Notes under the pieces: generated by a model
Databases searched by the model: none
What the model saw: only the letters and a program-made list of their open reading frames with translations
What the model was told of the DNA's origin: nothing
Program-made: the position numbers and the translations under genes
Assembly (NCBI GenBank): GCA_009602725.1
Contig: WELB01000012.1
Span: forward strand, 742,619 to 806,618
Origin: Spirogloea muscicola
Taxonomy: Eukaryota
Direction: 5' to 3'
DNA: 64,000 nt
Part shown: positions 1-11,582 of the stretch, one piece after another
Layout: every line of letters begins with the position of its first letter
How positions within the stretch are numbered: the stretch's first letter is position 1

Positions 1-2161
1 GAGCCCGCCGCGGAGCCGTCTCGTGGCTGCGGCGCCGCGCCGGCGGGCGGCAGCGAGGCCCCGCCGAAGCTCGACATTGACGCTGTGAGCATCGTTGCCC
101 CCATTGCAGCTTGCTGCTTCCTCTTGCCTCCTCCCTCCTCCCTCCCTCCTCCCTCCCTCCTCGTCCTCCCTCTCCTCCTCTTGCATTGTTGTCGCCACCC
201 TTTCGCTGGCCGGTACACTGACTGCAGGTAATGGTCGCTGCAGCTGCGCCGGTGCTTCTCGTACACCGACTTCTGGCCGACGGGCACGCAGCGCTACGGC
301 CGAGGCGTTCTGTTCCCGGGCAACCTCCGCGGAGAGCCATCTGAGATACGTGGCCCGCTGGAGGCCCGCCTGAGCGCCGCCGCCGGTGCAGAGGTCGTCG
401 CCTTCTTTCTGCGCGACGACGCCACCGGGCAGCAGGCGAGCCCCGCCTTCACACCCCCCCCACCCCCCCCCTTGTCCCTCTCCTCCCTCCCTCCTTCCCC
501 CTCCCTCCTCTCTCTTTCCTCTCTGTCGTTGAACAAGCTGACCCCTGCACCGTCCTCCTCTCTCTTTCCCCGGGCTGCTGCTAGCCCAGATGTGCGTCGT
601 GCAGCCGCGCGCAGAGATGCAAGCGCGCCTTGTGGCGGCCACGCCGCGTGGAGCGGCGCGCTGGCCGCTGGTGGCCGCGCTGGGCACCGCCACGCTCTTC
701 GCTGTCAGCCAGCTCCACGGCGTGAACCTCGATCCGACGGGCACGCCTGGCGGCCTCGCCCGCCACATCCTGCCGCTGGCCGTCGGGCTCGCCGTTGTCC
801 TCGGCGCTGGCGAGGCCGCGCAGCGGGGCGCCGCAGCCCGCCACAGCGTCCCCCTCTCGCCGCCGTACCTCATCCCCTCGGGCTCGCTCGGCTGCCTCGG
901 CGTCGCCACCAACCTCGAGGGCCTGCTCCCCTCCCGCGCCGCACTGTTTGACATCGCCGCGGCGCGCCCCGTGGGATCGTTCCTTGCCGCCCTCTTGGTC
1001 GCATTTTTCGCCTTTGCTGCCGATGGCGGCGGCAGCGGCGGTTCCGATCCCATGCAAGTTCCTCCCTCCCTCCCCTCTATACCTCTTCGGCCCCTTCCCC
1101 CCCTTCCCTCCCGCTCGCAACACAGCCTTCAACACACTCTTTCCTTCCGTCTTCAGTTTCCGCTGCTCGTCTTTCCCCATACCTCGGTCACTTGTCAAGG
1201 CAACAAGTGCCTCTTCCGTACAGACTGACTGACCCATGCAGCATGTCGTCGCACGCAGCTACGTTGAGGCGTCCTTCTTCCAGCCCAGCGTCCTGCTGTC
1301 GTTCGTGCAGTACGTGATCGGGCCGTACGCGGACGACCTCGGCAACGTGCTGCCACACGCGGTCGAGGGCGTGGGCGTGCCTGTCAGCCCCGCCGCGTTT
1401 GCCGGCCTCCTCGGCCTCGTCGTCACCGCCCTCGACCTCCTGCCCGCCGGCTCGCTCGACGGCGGCCGCATCGTGCAGGTGGGCCCCGGAGAGCTCTGGC
1501 GTAGACTCGAACCTGGTCGAGTATACCATGACTCCTGACTCTTAATTTCAGCGTAGACCCCACGTCCAGGATGTTGGGCGCCCATGATTCTCGCTCCCCT
1601 CCCCCCACCCCTCTCCTTCTCTCCCTCTCTCCCTCCCTCCTATATTGAGTACTAAACCTACGCCACTAGGCCCCTTCCATTGCTGCATAATGGCCATCAC
1701 CTTGCGCTCAGCTAACACCAAGGAAGCTAATTCCTTACAGTAATGGTAATGATGATTCCCAGTACCTTCACGCAATTACTTACAAGATATCTACCAAGTA
1801 GGTACATTACATCTCCAAGCTCTGCTCGGCATCTAAAGTTTTCGACAACCTTGCAACAATGCCTTCTACTGTGCAGGCCACTCTCGGGCGCCGGCGAGCT
1901 CAGCAGGTGTCGTTCGTCACGACAGCGCTGCTGGGCGTGGCAGGCGTGTCGGGCAGCTTCATCTGCCTCGCCTGGGGCTTCATCATCATCTTCCTGCGCA
2001 GCAGCCAGGAGCTGCCAGCGTTGGACGAGGCGGCGCCGCTGGATGCGCGGCGTACGGCGCTTGGCGCCGTCCTGCTGGCCGCCTCCCTGCTCCTCCTCTT
2101 CACCAACTCTGCTGCCAACTTCCCATCTGCCTTCTTCACTCCGCAAGGTGGCCTGCTGTAG
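1..2161 (+). CDS. EGY3: EGY3-like chloroplast M50 (site-2 protease family) pseudoprotease, 5' partial, multi-exon
   Basis: Exons <1-84, 244-435, 590-1053, 1259-1478 and 1877-2161 give LRRCFSYTDFWPTG...FPGNLRG...MCVVQP...LSPPYLIPSGSLGCLGV...LLSFVQYVIGPYADDLGNVLPHAVEGVGVPVSPAAFAGLLGLVVTALDLLPAGSLDGGRI. This closely matches plant EGY3. HExxH is replaced by GEAAQ. Confidence 0.9.
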
Positions 2162-3076
2162 GCTGGCGAGGTCTCCAGTACAACAATTTCCCTTCGCTGT
2201 CAAAGCCAAACGCACTCAGTGGTACAGCCTAAGCCGTGGTCTTGCCTCTGAAATATGAGTAGCTAGAAGAAGAAGCCGAGCTGCCACGAGCAGCTCCAGC
2301 CGCATGTGCCTCACACCTCTCCTCGATTCATGCGGACGGTCATGCCACTGTGATTGTGGGCCGGCAATCTCACTCTGAACCAAGGCAAAAAGCAAGTCAA
2401 GAATGAGGCTGTAGGCTACTTTGTCATTACAGAGATTGCTCGTATTGGGTTGCTAGAGCAGCCGCACACATTGGATTGGCCCTCAATTACTAAATTTAGA
2501 CATTCTGTACGTAGTTGCTTGATTCAGTTGACTAATTGGGTACTGTTGCACTTTGCAGACAATAGGCAATGTAGGCATTGTATATATATAGACTTGTACA
2601 TAAGGACACGCCAGGGCCACTTGGCAAAATTGTTTCTCAATCTGGTCAAAACTGGTGGCCACATGGCAAATTGGTTTCTCTCTGGGGTCAGAAATGGTGG
2701 CCTTCTTTGCCGAAAGTGTAACACTACTCGTTCTACTGTCCATATCCAAAATTTTCTGTATGACTTCTGAGGTCCATTGTCTAAATTGAGCGGCCAAAAT
2801 CGTTTGCGGCGCGAAAGCGGCGCGGCATGCCGTGCCAGCTCGGCCTGCAGCCGGGACGCGGCGAAACAGACTGAGGGCTATAGACCACACTCATGTTTTG
2901 CTCAAGCTCCTCAGCAGAGAAGCTTCTCTGATGTCAAAAAATGTGCAATGCCTGCCGTGTGGCAGACACGCCACGACTAACAGCAGCAAGATGCCAGCCA
3001 ATATCAAAATTGTTAGCATAGGTAGAATATGGGTAGGATGCTGGACGACATCTGCCACCGACAAGGAGCTCGATCC

Positions 3077-6000
3077 TCATCGGGCAATCGAGGAGGACTG
3101 CGCTAGCTTCTGAAGGAGCTCCGGCAGGCCAGCTTCCGCAGCCACCTCCTTGTGCCACCGCGTTTTGGTCCGCACCGCCTCAATGCACTGACGTACGGTG
3201 CGCCCAATGCCTGGCCGGCTGTTGGACCGGAAGAACTCCTCAGCCTCGGCTGCCATCTCCTCAGTGTGGAACTGCAGCACTCCAATTTGTCATTGTATCT
3301 CAATCAGATTGACAACCAGAGTTAACATACAAGCTTAAGCTTCTAGAATGGCCCAATACTTGAAGGTTACTTCAAACTTGCACATGACCTTCTTGAACCT
3401 GCAGTGACCAAGTCGGACAGAAAGCCAGGTACAATTTGCAGCCAGATTATCATGGAGAATGGTGGGGGCCAGGCTTGGTCGGCAAGCGTACATGAGTCGT
3501 CGAGGACTTGACCACGGAGCCGAGGATGAAGGTGTCGCTGCCCCACTTCCTGCCCATGTCGCCCCAGTGCTCCTGCCAACACAAATAAGCGGTCAACAGA
3601 ATACATGTTCGAGGGGAACTGCAGCGAGCCGAAGGACGCGCTAGAACACAATCAGCAAATCAAAGCCCCACGGTGCCAAATTTGACTTGCCACTGCAGCG
3701 GTGGAAGGAAGGCAAGGAGGCAATGATCGCCACGGCATACCTTCACCCACTGCCACAGAGGCTCGGCGGCATGACTGTCGATGCCCGCGAGCACGTCGAC
3801 TCCATCTTGGCTCCTCACCTGGGCACATTGAGGACTCTCAGAGAATGATCAGGTGGTAAGCAAATTCATAAACAGTGACGCTGGCAAGCCATTGAGCTAC
3901 AGAGCACAGTGCTTCAATCTTGCTGTACCTCAGGAGAGAGTGCAAAGTTCAGCGCATCTTGGACCACTGCATGATCATGAGAGCCTCCAATGGCGCCTAG
4001 GAGAAGAGCACAGCATGTTCAACGAGTTCAGGCCAAAGGGCAGCATCAACTAGTAGCATGCATTGCTTATGTGGTTCGTGATTGAGATAGCCATAATATA
4101 TGGAGCAAATGTAGTGCATATATAGGACACAGTCGCGACAGTGCCTCGGCAGAAGCAGACAAGTGGCGCAAAGGTCTCGCTGTGACTGCTTCTCAGCGGA
4201 CTTACCCAGCACCCGGCTCTGCTCCTCGCTCTGCGTACTGCCGCGATAGATCCTCAGGAGAGCATCGTAGTTGTTCTTGCCGTCGGAAGTGACGTCCTTT
4301 GCCATGGCCATGTAGGCAGCCTGAGCCAAATGTCGAGTTTGGCAGAGTTGAGTTACCCACCAAGGCGGCTTGCCAATGAAGACTCATATGGCAGCTGGTC
4401 CCAAGCATCTGACATGCACGCCTGCAACTTTCTGCATGCAACTGAGGGCCCTCCAGAAGCTAAGCAGCCTTTGCCAGTATTGAGCCCCTCAGACCAGCTC
4501 GTATGTAGGGCCGGAGGCGACAGACAAGCCACATCTTTCAGAGTGAACAGGGCCAAATGGCCAGAAAGAATACCTTCCGAACGTCAGCGGGGAGGAGGGA
4601 GCTCTTGCGGTCCTCGTGGAAGACCTCAAACCTCGACTTTGCCTCGGCAATGGTGGCGGCATCTCCCAGCTCGACCAGGCTTTCGAATAGCTCACCACGG
4701 AGCAGGGAGTCTGTGAGCGGCTCACTGTCTTTGGTCTCCCAACCAAGCCGCCTGGCATAGGAGCGAGGCTGCTGAGGTCAGTTTGTGATGTAAATTTTCT
4801 GAGTGGTACACCTCCACAGATGGTCTACACGCTAACCCCGAAAGTTACAGTCCGACTCTGTACCACTTTCAAGATGTTAGACGGGATGTCATTGTGCTTC
4901 ACTGAGAAGCTGCTGCAGACTAAGCTAATAGCACCTGACTGAAGCTGCTCAGTAAAGGTCAGCACTTCACAAACAAGGAGGTCGAAGTTACTTGGCTTGA
5001 GGCTGCAGAATGCTGGCGGCAAAGCTTTCAAAGTCCTTGGCACTATCCGGCAGAGCGCTTCTGATAAGTCGCGCAACTGAGACCAATACCTGCATGGAAG
5101 ATGTTGCAGTCTGGAACATTAAATAATCGAGAAAGCATTCCCTCGCATTCGAGTGTGACAAGGTCTGTAGATCTTTATACTTGACTGCCTATGACGGGAA
5201 TGTGACAACCACGACCTCCTTGTACTCGAAAGAGAGAACCAAGGACATGCAGACGAAGAGGTCGACCATGCGGGTTGCAGAGGAGCACGACTCCCTGGCA
5301 ATGCAGTGAGCACACCACATGCAATCTGTGAGACTACACTGAACAGAGCAGCAGCACTGCAAGTATTGGTGACAATGTTGAGGCATCACTGACGTGGCAG
5401 AGTGTCTGGAGGATGGCAAAGTTGTCCTCGTCCCGGAAGGCTTCCAGGAGCTTCAGCAGGGTTGCCAGCGGCTGCCTGCCGCCGTGGCAGAGCGCACATG
5501 TATCGTCCAGAAGGCCGAAGCGGTCGAGCGCCAAGAGGTCGCGACTTCTCACAGCTTCCACGAGTCGCTGCTCGAGCTTCCCGTCGTACTGCACGCGGTA
5601 GTATCCGGCCTGATTCACGTTGAGCTTCACCCAGCACTCGCTGTCCTTCGGTGCCGCTGCATGACCGCCAGCGTCATGCCCGTTCTGTGCTGCAGTGCCG
5701 CCAATCTTGACCGTCTTGCCTTGCACTAGGCTGCTGGCCGTTGCGTTATAGGAGCCCCACGCATATGTGAGGGGGATTGACCATTGGCCCTCTCCTTTCA
5801 CTCCAAGCGACAGGAACCTCTCCTGCACGCGAGCAGTAACTCCTTTGCGATGCTGAGTGGCTAAACAAACAACCTTGTGCAGGACGCAGGCCAGTGAGTA
5901 TAGCCGCTACCAGTCACTGACACTGACAGTGGACCCCAGATCCTATTGAGTACAACTGAGGCATCTGAGGATGTGAGTGTTTGGCAATCAGCAGCACCTG

Positions 6001-9000
6001 CGTAAGCTGAATCTGGCCACCATCAACAAGCGAGGCGGACAGCACTGGGTAGCCCATCTGCTTGGTCCACGTGTCCATGACGCTCTGAATGTCCTCCCCA
6101 GCCTCCGCCCCCAGGCACGCCCACAGGTCCGCAGTAGCCGCGTTCTGTGAGGCGTACTTTTTGATGTAGGCTCGCATGCCCTTCTGCAAGGATGCACACA
6201 TGAGGTAGAGGCAGCCTTGACTTAGAACTGGCGACCTCTTGCGCTAGGAAATAAGCGAGTGCTGACTTGTGGTGGGAAATATGCACCTTGAAGGCGTCCT
6301 GACCGAGATAGCCAGCGAGCATCTGGATGATGGCGGCGCCCTTGTTGTAACTGATGTCGTCGAAGATCTCATCAATCTCACGCGGGTGCTTTACTTCAAC
6401 CTGGCAAATTGGCAAAAACGTCAATACGAGATGTAGCTCCACAATGACAGTGGCTAGATTGTTCTGCATGTGATCGAATGCAATGTCTGTGCATGCTGTC
6501 AAACTGGGCATGAGCAAGGAATTTGTTGCAAAACCTCAATGGGGTGGGACTCCTGGAGGCTGTCTGCAGAGAAGGCCACTGCGAGCTCGTCCGTGGCAAA
6601 CTGCGTCCACACCTCCCATTCAGGGAACAGGTAATCGGTCGCCAGGTAGCTCATCTGAAAGCACGCACGAGTAGAGCCACGGCGTCAGGGGCTGCATGGA
6701 ATGCAATCAAGGTCCAATCATAGACGCCAAAGAAAGAGGGCGGCCTGGCAATGAAGACAAACATGACTTAAAAACTCAATGTTTATCGAGAAGACAATTC
6801 GCAAAGATGTTCATCGTCTCTTCACAACAGCAGCAGTGTGAAGTTCTTCATCACGTACCCAAGTGGCAAACCCCTCGTTGAGCCAGAGGTCGGTCCACCA
6901 GCCCATGGTGACAAGGTTGCCAAACCACTGGTGCGCAATCTCGTGCGCCACCGTGACAGCCACCTGCGCTGCCCTGGCCGCATAAGTCAGCTTGCACCGC
7001 AGGCAGTAGCGATCACTACGATTGCCAGGAGCAAGAGTGCTGCTACAGCCTGCTCACCCGCTGCTTGGTGGCGGCAGAGCTGTCAGCTGGGTCCACGAGG
7101 AGCGATGCAGACCGGTATGTGATGAGGCCGTAGTTTTCCATGGCACCGGCCGAGAAGTCGGCGATGGCAACCATGTCCAGCTTCGGCAGGGGGTACGGCA
7201 CACCGAACCACCTGCCACAAGAGCCAGCCGGTACAACCGCAGTGCAGGCACTCATGAGAAGCAGTTAGGAAAACATCATAAAGCCAAATCCGTCTCTACT
7301 AGAAGTCTCGAGGCAAGGTGCGAGATGATACTCATTGAGCAAGCTTCTGAGGGAGTATCTGTAACAGGAAGACACCTATGGTTTCTAGGCCAGCTGACTT
7401 CACCTCCGTATACAATGTCAGTGCAAGCATGATCATGAGGTTGGATGGAGCTTTTACTCTGCAAAAAAGGGAAGGACTTTGATGGTGGCCTCAAGTGCAA
7501 AGCGGCCCTGCTCTGCCATCCCAGGCTCAGCATACACGCGCACCATCACACCTGGCAAAATGGCAAGGCCGCCAGCCTTGTGCATCCAAATCAGTCCAAC
7601 TTCTGCTGCGCTGCACTCACGTTCTCGTCTCATGGAACTCCAGGATAGTGGGTGGCCAGCATCTTTACTGACCAGCTTACCTCCCTCGGCCGTGGCTTCG
7701 ACGTAGTCCAGCTCGCCGATGACGCAGGCGACAAGGTATGTGGACATGACTGGCGTCTCGCGGAAGACCACTGTTTTTCGGTTGCCGTCCTCCTTCTCCT
7801 CGCGGTCTGCCGGCATGTTGGAGAGCACTGTGCGGCTGGCCGGAACGCCTCGCAGGGTAATCTGGAACTTGGCCTGGCCACAGTACGATGTTGCAAGTAT
7901 GCAGAGGCAGTCAGTCAACAATTAAAGAGGTCACCAAGCCACTAGGAAAATTGCACAGAACGGTGTGGCATTTACTACCGTTGAGCTACAATGCCAGCTG
8001 AGAGAAGTATCTATCACAAGACATTAGTCGAGGACACCAGTCATCTCCTGAAGACATCGCAATTGGCTTAGGTAAGGGTACAACAACTCCAGATCAAAGG
8101 TCAGCTCAGGAAATCAGAAGCTAAGCTGTACATTCTGCATGGCTGGCCTAGCCTCCCACAGCCATCGCCACCTTTTGAGAAGAACGCTGTCTGAGCCTAG
8201 CTTGAGTTCCACATCGACGGTCTATAGTTGGAGAAAGGGCGTCACCTTGAAGGACGGCTCATCCCAGCAGGGAAAGCAGCGGCGCGCATCCGCGGCCTGG
8301 AACTGCGTCACCGCTGCGTTACGCGCCTGACCGCCGTGCACCTTGTACTCGCTGCAGCAGAGACGAGTGGAGGAGCAGGCCGCTCAGCAGCCGACCTGGA
8401 CCAGGACTAGCTCACTGTTGAACTGTTGCTTTATTGCTCTGTCATGTCCAGGCAGCTATATCAGCCAGGACCTGCCGGAGGCTCTGCCATCACAAGCGTG
8501 CCAGCCATTTGCAGGTACGCAGCGAGATAGTGGGGTTCAGGAGACTACACAGTCTGATCAGCGCATGCATGCAGGACCTGCGGTAGAAGCCGCGCATGTC
8601 GTCGTTGAGCGTGCCGCGAAAGGCCATCTCCAGCACAGCAGGGCCCGGCTGCAGCGCCGGCTCGAAGCGCAGCGTCAGCACCTCCGCGTCCTTGTCCTCG
8701 TGCACCGCCGCGGGCCGCAGCTCCTGCTGCCAAAGCCAAATCGATGGAAGCTCAGGCGCCATGAGGAGGAGCTCCCCCAGGCCGCGCCTGTGTGGACGCT
8801 TCAGCAGAGCCCGCAGGCAACGCCATGGATTGCGTATTGAGTGATGGAGGATTCGAGTGGCCAAGTTACAAAGGCGAAGCACATAGACAGATGCGAAGGA
8901 TATCCTGCGAGCGGGGCCGGCGGACCTGGCCGCTGGGCTTGCCGTTGGCCTGCGACAGCAGGCGGACGCTGGAGTGGTCGACGTCCAGGTCGGCGGCGTT

Positions 9001-9174
9001 CAGGTGCAGCAGCGTCGTGCCGCCGCCATCGGCGCCGCCGCCGACGACGTCCAGGTCCACGCGCAGGCGGCCGCCGAAGGTGCAGGCGTCCAGGTCCGGG
9101 CTCAGCTCCACGGCGTACCGCCGCGGGACGGCGGAGCGCGGCAGGCGTGGCGACGCCGCCGCCGCCGCCGCCGC

Positions 9175-9175
<1 letters not shown>
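3077..9175 (-). CDS. APM1: Aminopeptidase M1 (puromycin-sensitive type), multi-exon; start codon lies in or next to the gap
   Basis: N-terminal [60 protein letters not shown] (GAMEN motif), [31 protein letters not shown] (HExxH-18x-E, ~6860-6960), [25 protein letters not shown]-terminal EAEEFF...RTVRQCIE. Confidence 0.95.
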
Positions 9176-9211
<36 letters not shown>

Positions 9212-9849
9212 NNNNNNNNNNNNNNNNNNNNNNNNNNNNNNNNNNNNNNNNNNNNNNNNNNNNNNNNNNNNNNNNNNNNNNNNNNNNNNNNNNNNNNNNN
9301 NNNNNNNNNNNNNNNNNNNNNNNNNNNNNNNNNNNNNNNNNNNNNNNNNNNNNNNNNNNNNNNNNNNNNNNNNNNNNNNNNNNNNNNNNNNNNNNNNNNN
9401 NNNNNNNNNNNNNNNNNNNNNNNNNNNNNNNNNNNNNNNNNNNNNNNNNNNNNNNNNNNNNNNNNNNNNNNNNNNNNNNNNNNNNNNNNNNNNNNNNNNN
9501 NNNNNNNNNNNNNNNNNNNNNNNNNNNNNNNNNNNNNNNNNNNNNNNNNNNNNNNNNNNNNNNNNNNNNNNNNNNNNNNNNNNNNNNNNNNNNNNNNNNN
9601 NNNNNNNNNNNNNNNNNNNNNNNNNNNNNNNNNNNNNNNNNNNNNNNNNNNNNNNNNNNNNNNNNNNNNNNNNNNNNNNNNNNNNNNNNNNNNNNNNNNN
9701 NNNNNNNNNNNNNNNNNNNNNNNNNNNNNNNNNNNNNNNNNNNNNNNNNNNNNNNNNNNNNNNNNNNNNNNNNNNNNNNNNNNNNNNNNNNNNNNNNNNN
9801 NNNNNNNNNNNNNNNNNNNNNNNNNNNNNNNNNNNNNNNNNNNNNNNNN
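9212..9849. other. Assembly gap (N) covering the divergent 5' ends of APM1 and the Lin0512-family gene
   Basis: Run of N flanked by (GCC)n and poly-A. Confidence 0.95.
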
Positions 9850-9917
9850 CGCCGCCGCCGCCGCCGCCACCATTGCCGCCGGGGGGCCGCGCGCTCACCG
9901 CAGGCCTCGCGGCGCAG

Positions 9918-10787
9918 GCAGGACGTGACCAAGGCGGCCGTGCGCGCCTGCCGCGACGCCATCTCCGCCAACTCCATCCCGGCCTTCCGTACAGGTGGCC
10001 GCCGCCCGTCCCTCCTCCCAGCCCTGCCTCCTCCCCCACCTCCCCGCTTAAACCCCAGGCGCCGAAGCCCCTGCCTAAAGGCCTGACTGTAAGCCCTGCT
10101 TGTATAGTTCAACCCACATGCCCTGCAAGCAGTCATGGTTCAGTCGAGCACAAGGACGACTGAACCCCTTGATCATTCTCGTGTACACATGCGCTGCAGC
10201 ACTGATGGTGCTAAGCCCGGCCAATGTTGCTTGCCCGACCACTTGGCTGCTGCGCAGGCGCCGTGCCGGGCGTTGGGTGGCAGCAGATGAAGCTCCGCGT
10301 GCGGCTGGGCGTGCCCGCTTCGCTCCACGCCGCACTCGACGTCGAAACCGTCAAGGCCGTCTTCCCATAGTGAAGCCCCAGTCCCATCCCTGGCCGCGAG
10401 GGTCCCCTCCAGTCTCTGTCGAGCCACTTTCCAACCTCACGGCAGCCCTCCACTTGTGGAAAGACTGGCACTTAGAGTTGCTGCCACAGCTTACCATGCC
10501 ATCAAAAGTCACGAGGCTTGATAATTAGGATCTTGTTAACTGCAATGTCAGCATTTGGAGCAACGGCTTGTCTTACGTTGTAGGCAGCTTTGGGAGCTCC
10601 GGGGCCGCCTTTGCTAACATTTTCCAGTTGGTGGCTGTGGCGGCATACTCTGCCCAGCGGAGAGATTGTGGGCGTCGAGGTCGTGGATGGCGGCCTTGTG
10701 ACGCCTTCAGGCGTTGCGCTTGAGGCCATGGGTGACAAGAACGACGACTGCTATGTTGTCAACGCTGCCGTCTATGTAGGGTACTGA
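9918..10787 (+). CDS. Lin0512-family conserved hypothetical protein, 5' partial
   Basis: Exons 9918-9994, 10258-10369 and 10658-10787 splice in frame to GQDVTKAAVRACRDAISANSIPAFRTGAVPGVGWQQMKLRVRLGVP...VKAVFPYGEIVGVEVVDGGLVTPSGVALEAMGDKNDDCYVVNAAVYVGY*, which carries the family signature as I recall it. Confidence 0.85.
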
Positions 10788-11582
10788 CCTGCATGAGCAC
10801 TCCACTCATCGCACACTGCTGTCCTTCACACTGAATTAAAAGCAGTCTTGCGGGGCTATGCATGGAGCTGTACAGCAAAGATGTCTACTAGTAGAGGTGC
10901 ATGGGGCTGTGACGCCAGCAAACATCCTTCTCATAGGCGCGCGGCCATGCTGTATTATTTTGACTTTCACAGGTTAGCTCAATTACTGTTGAATGGCTTA
11001 TTGACACTGGCGTTCTTGCCAATTGAGATGTTCGCAGTCTCTCCACCAAAACAGAAGCAAAATCTTGTATCGAAGCCATGTTCTTTCACAGTGGTTAGAC
11101 TTATCCGAGCCATTTGTAGATTTCTGAAAGGCAGATGCCACTTGACCAGGGTGCTTTGAGGAATAACACCACCAGCTTGCCTGCTCAATCAATTTAATGA
11201 GCCGAAGAGTGTGGTTGTAGCGACGTTTTCTGCCCAGTTTTGATCTAGGATCACAAACATTTTATCTAGCGTACATAGTAAAGAATGAGCACCATGGTAT
11301 GTTCTGTGTCTAAGTCTACACCCTGAAACACTGTTCTCATACTTTAAAATCTAAACTCATCCATTAACGAACACAACGGAGCAATACGCAGAATAATTGA
11401 GCCAGCTGTTGAGAACGCTGCATGTCAGGCCCTTGTAATCAGCACACAATAAATTTACTGCAAGATGACGCGACACATATGAAGGTAGAGGCCAACGAGG
11501 CCTGCTTCATCCGTACCCCTGGCCCACACTGCAACCTCCTGGAAGCTGCCTGGCTATAGGAACGCAGCAGGCGCACGCAGTC

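Noticed and set aside
8140..8170. GGCTGGCCTAGCCTCCCACAGCCATCGCC in an APM1 intron, resembling the island module core
   Set aside because: Short and lacking the flanking parts of the module; could be chance.
9176..9211. Poly-A run giving poly-Lys/poly-Phe ORFs; also 36704-36823
   Set aside because: It abuts N gaps next to GC-rich repeats and interrupts the APM1 N-terminus. Most likely a sequencing or assembly artefact, not a retrocopy tail.
9850..9873. ATG at 9873 (-) as the APM1 start (MVAAAAAA)
   Set aside because: It more likely lies in an intron of the plus-strand Lin0512-family gene, whose first exon must be in the gap.
8792..10163. Long ORFs spanning gaps (also 15637-17343 and 35392-37044)
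   Set aside because: Their length comes from N codons.
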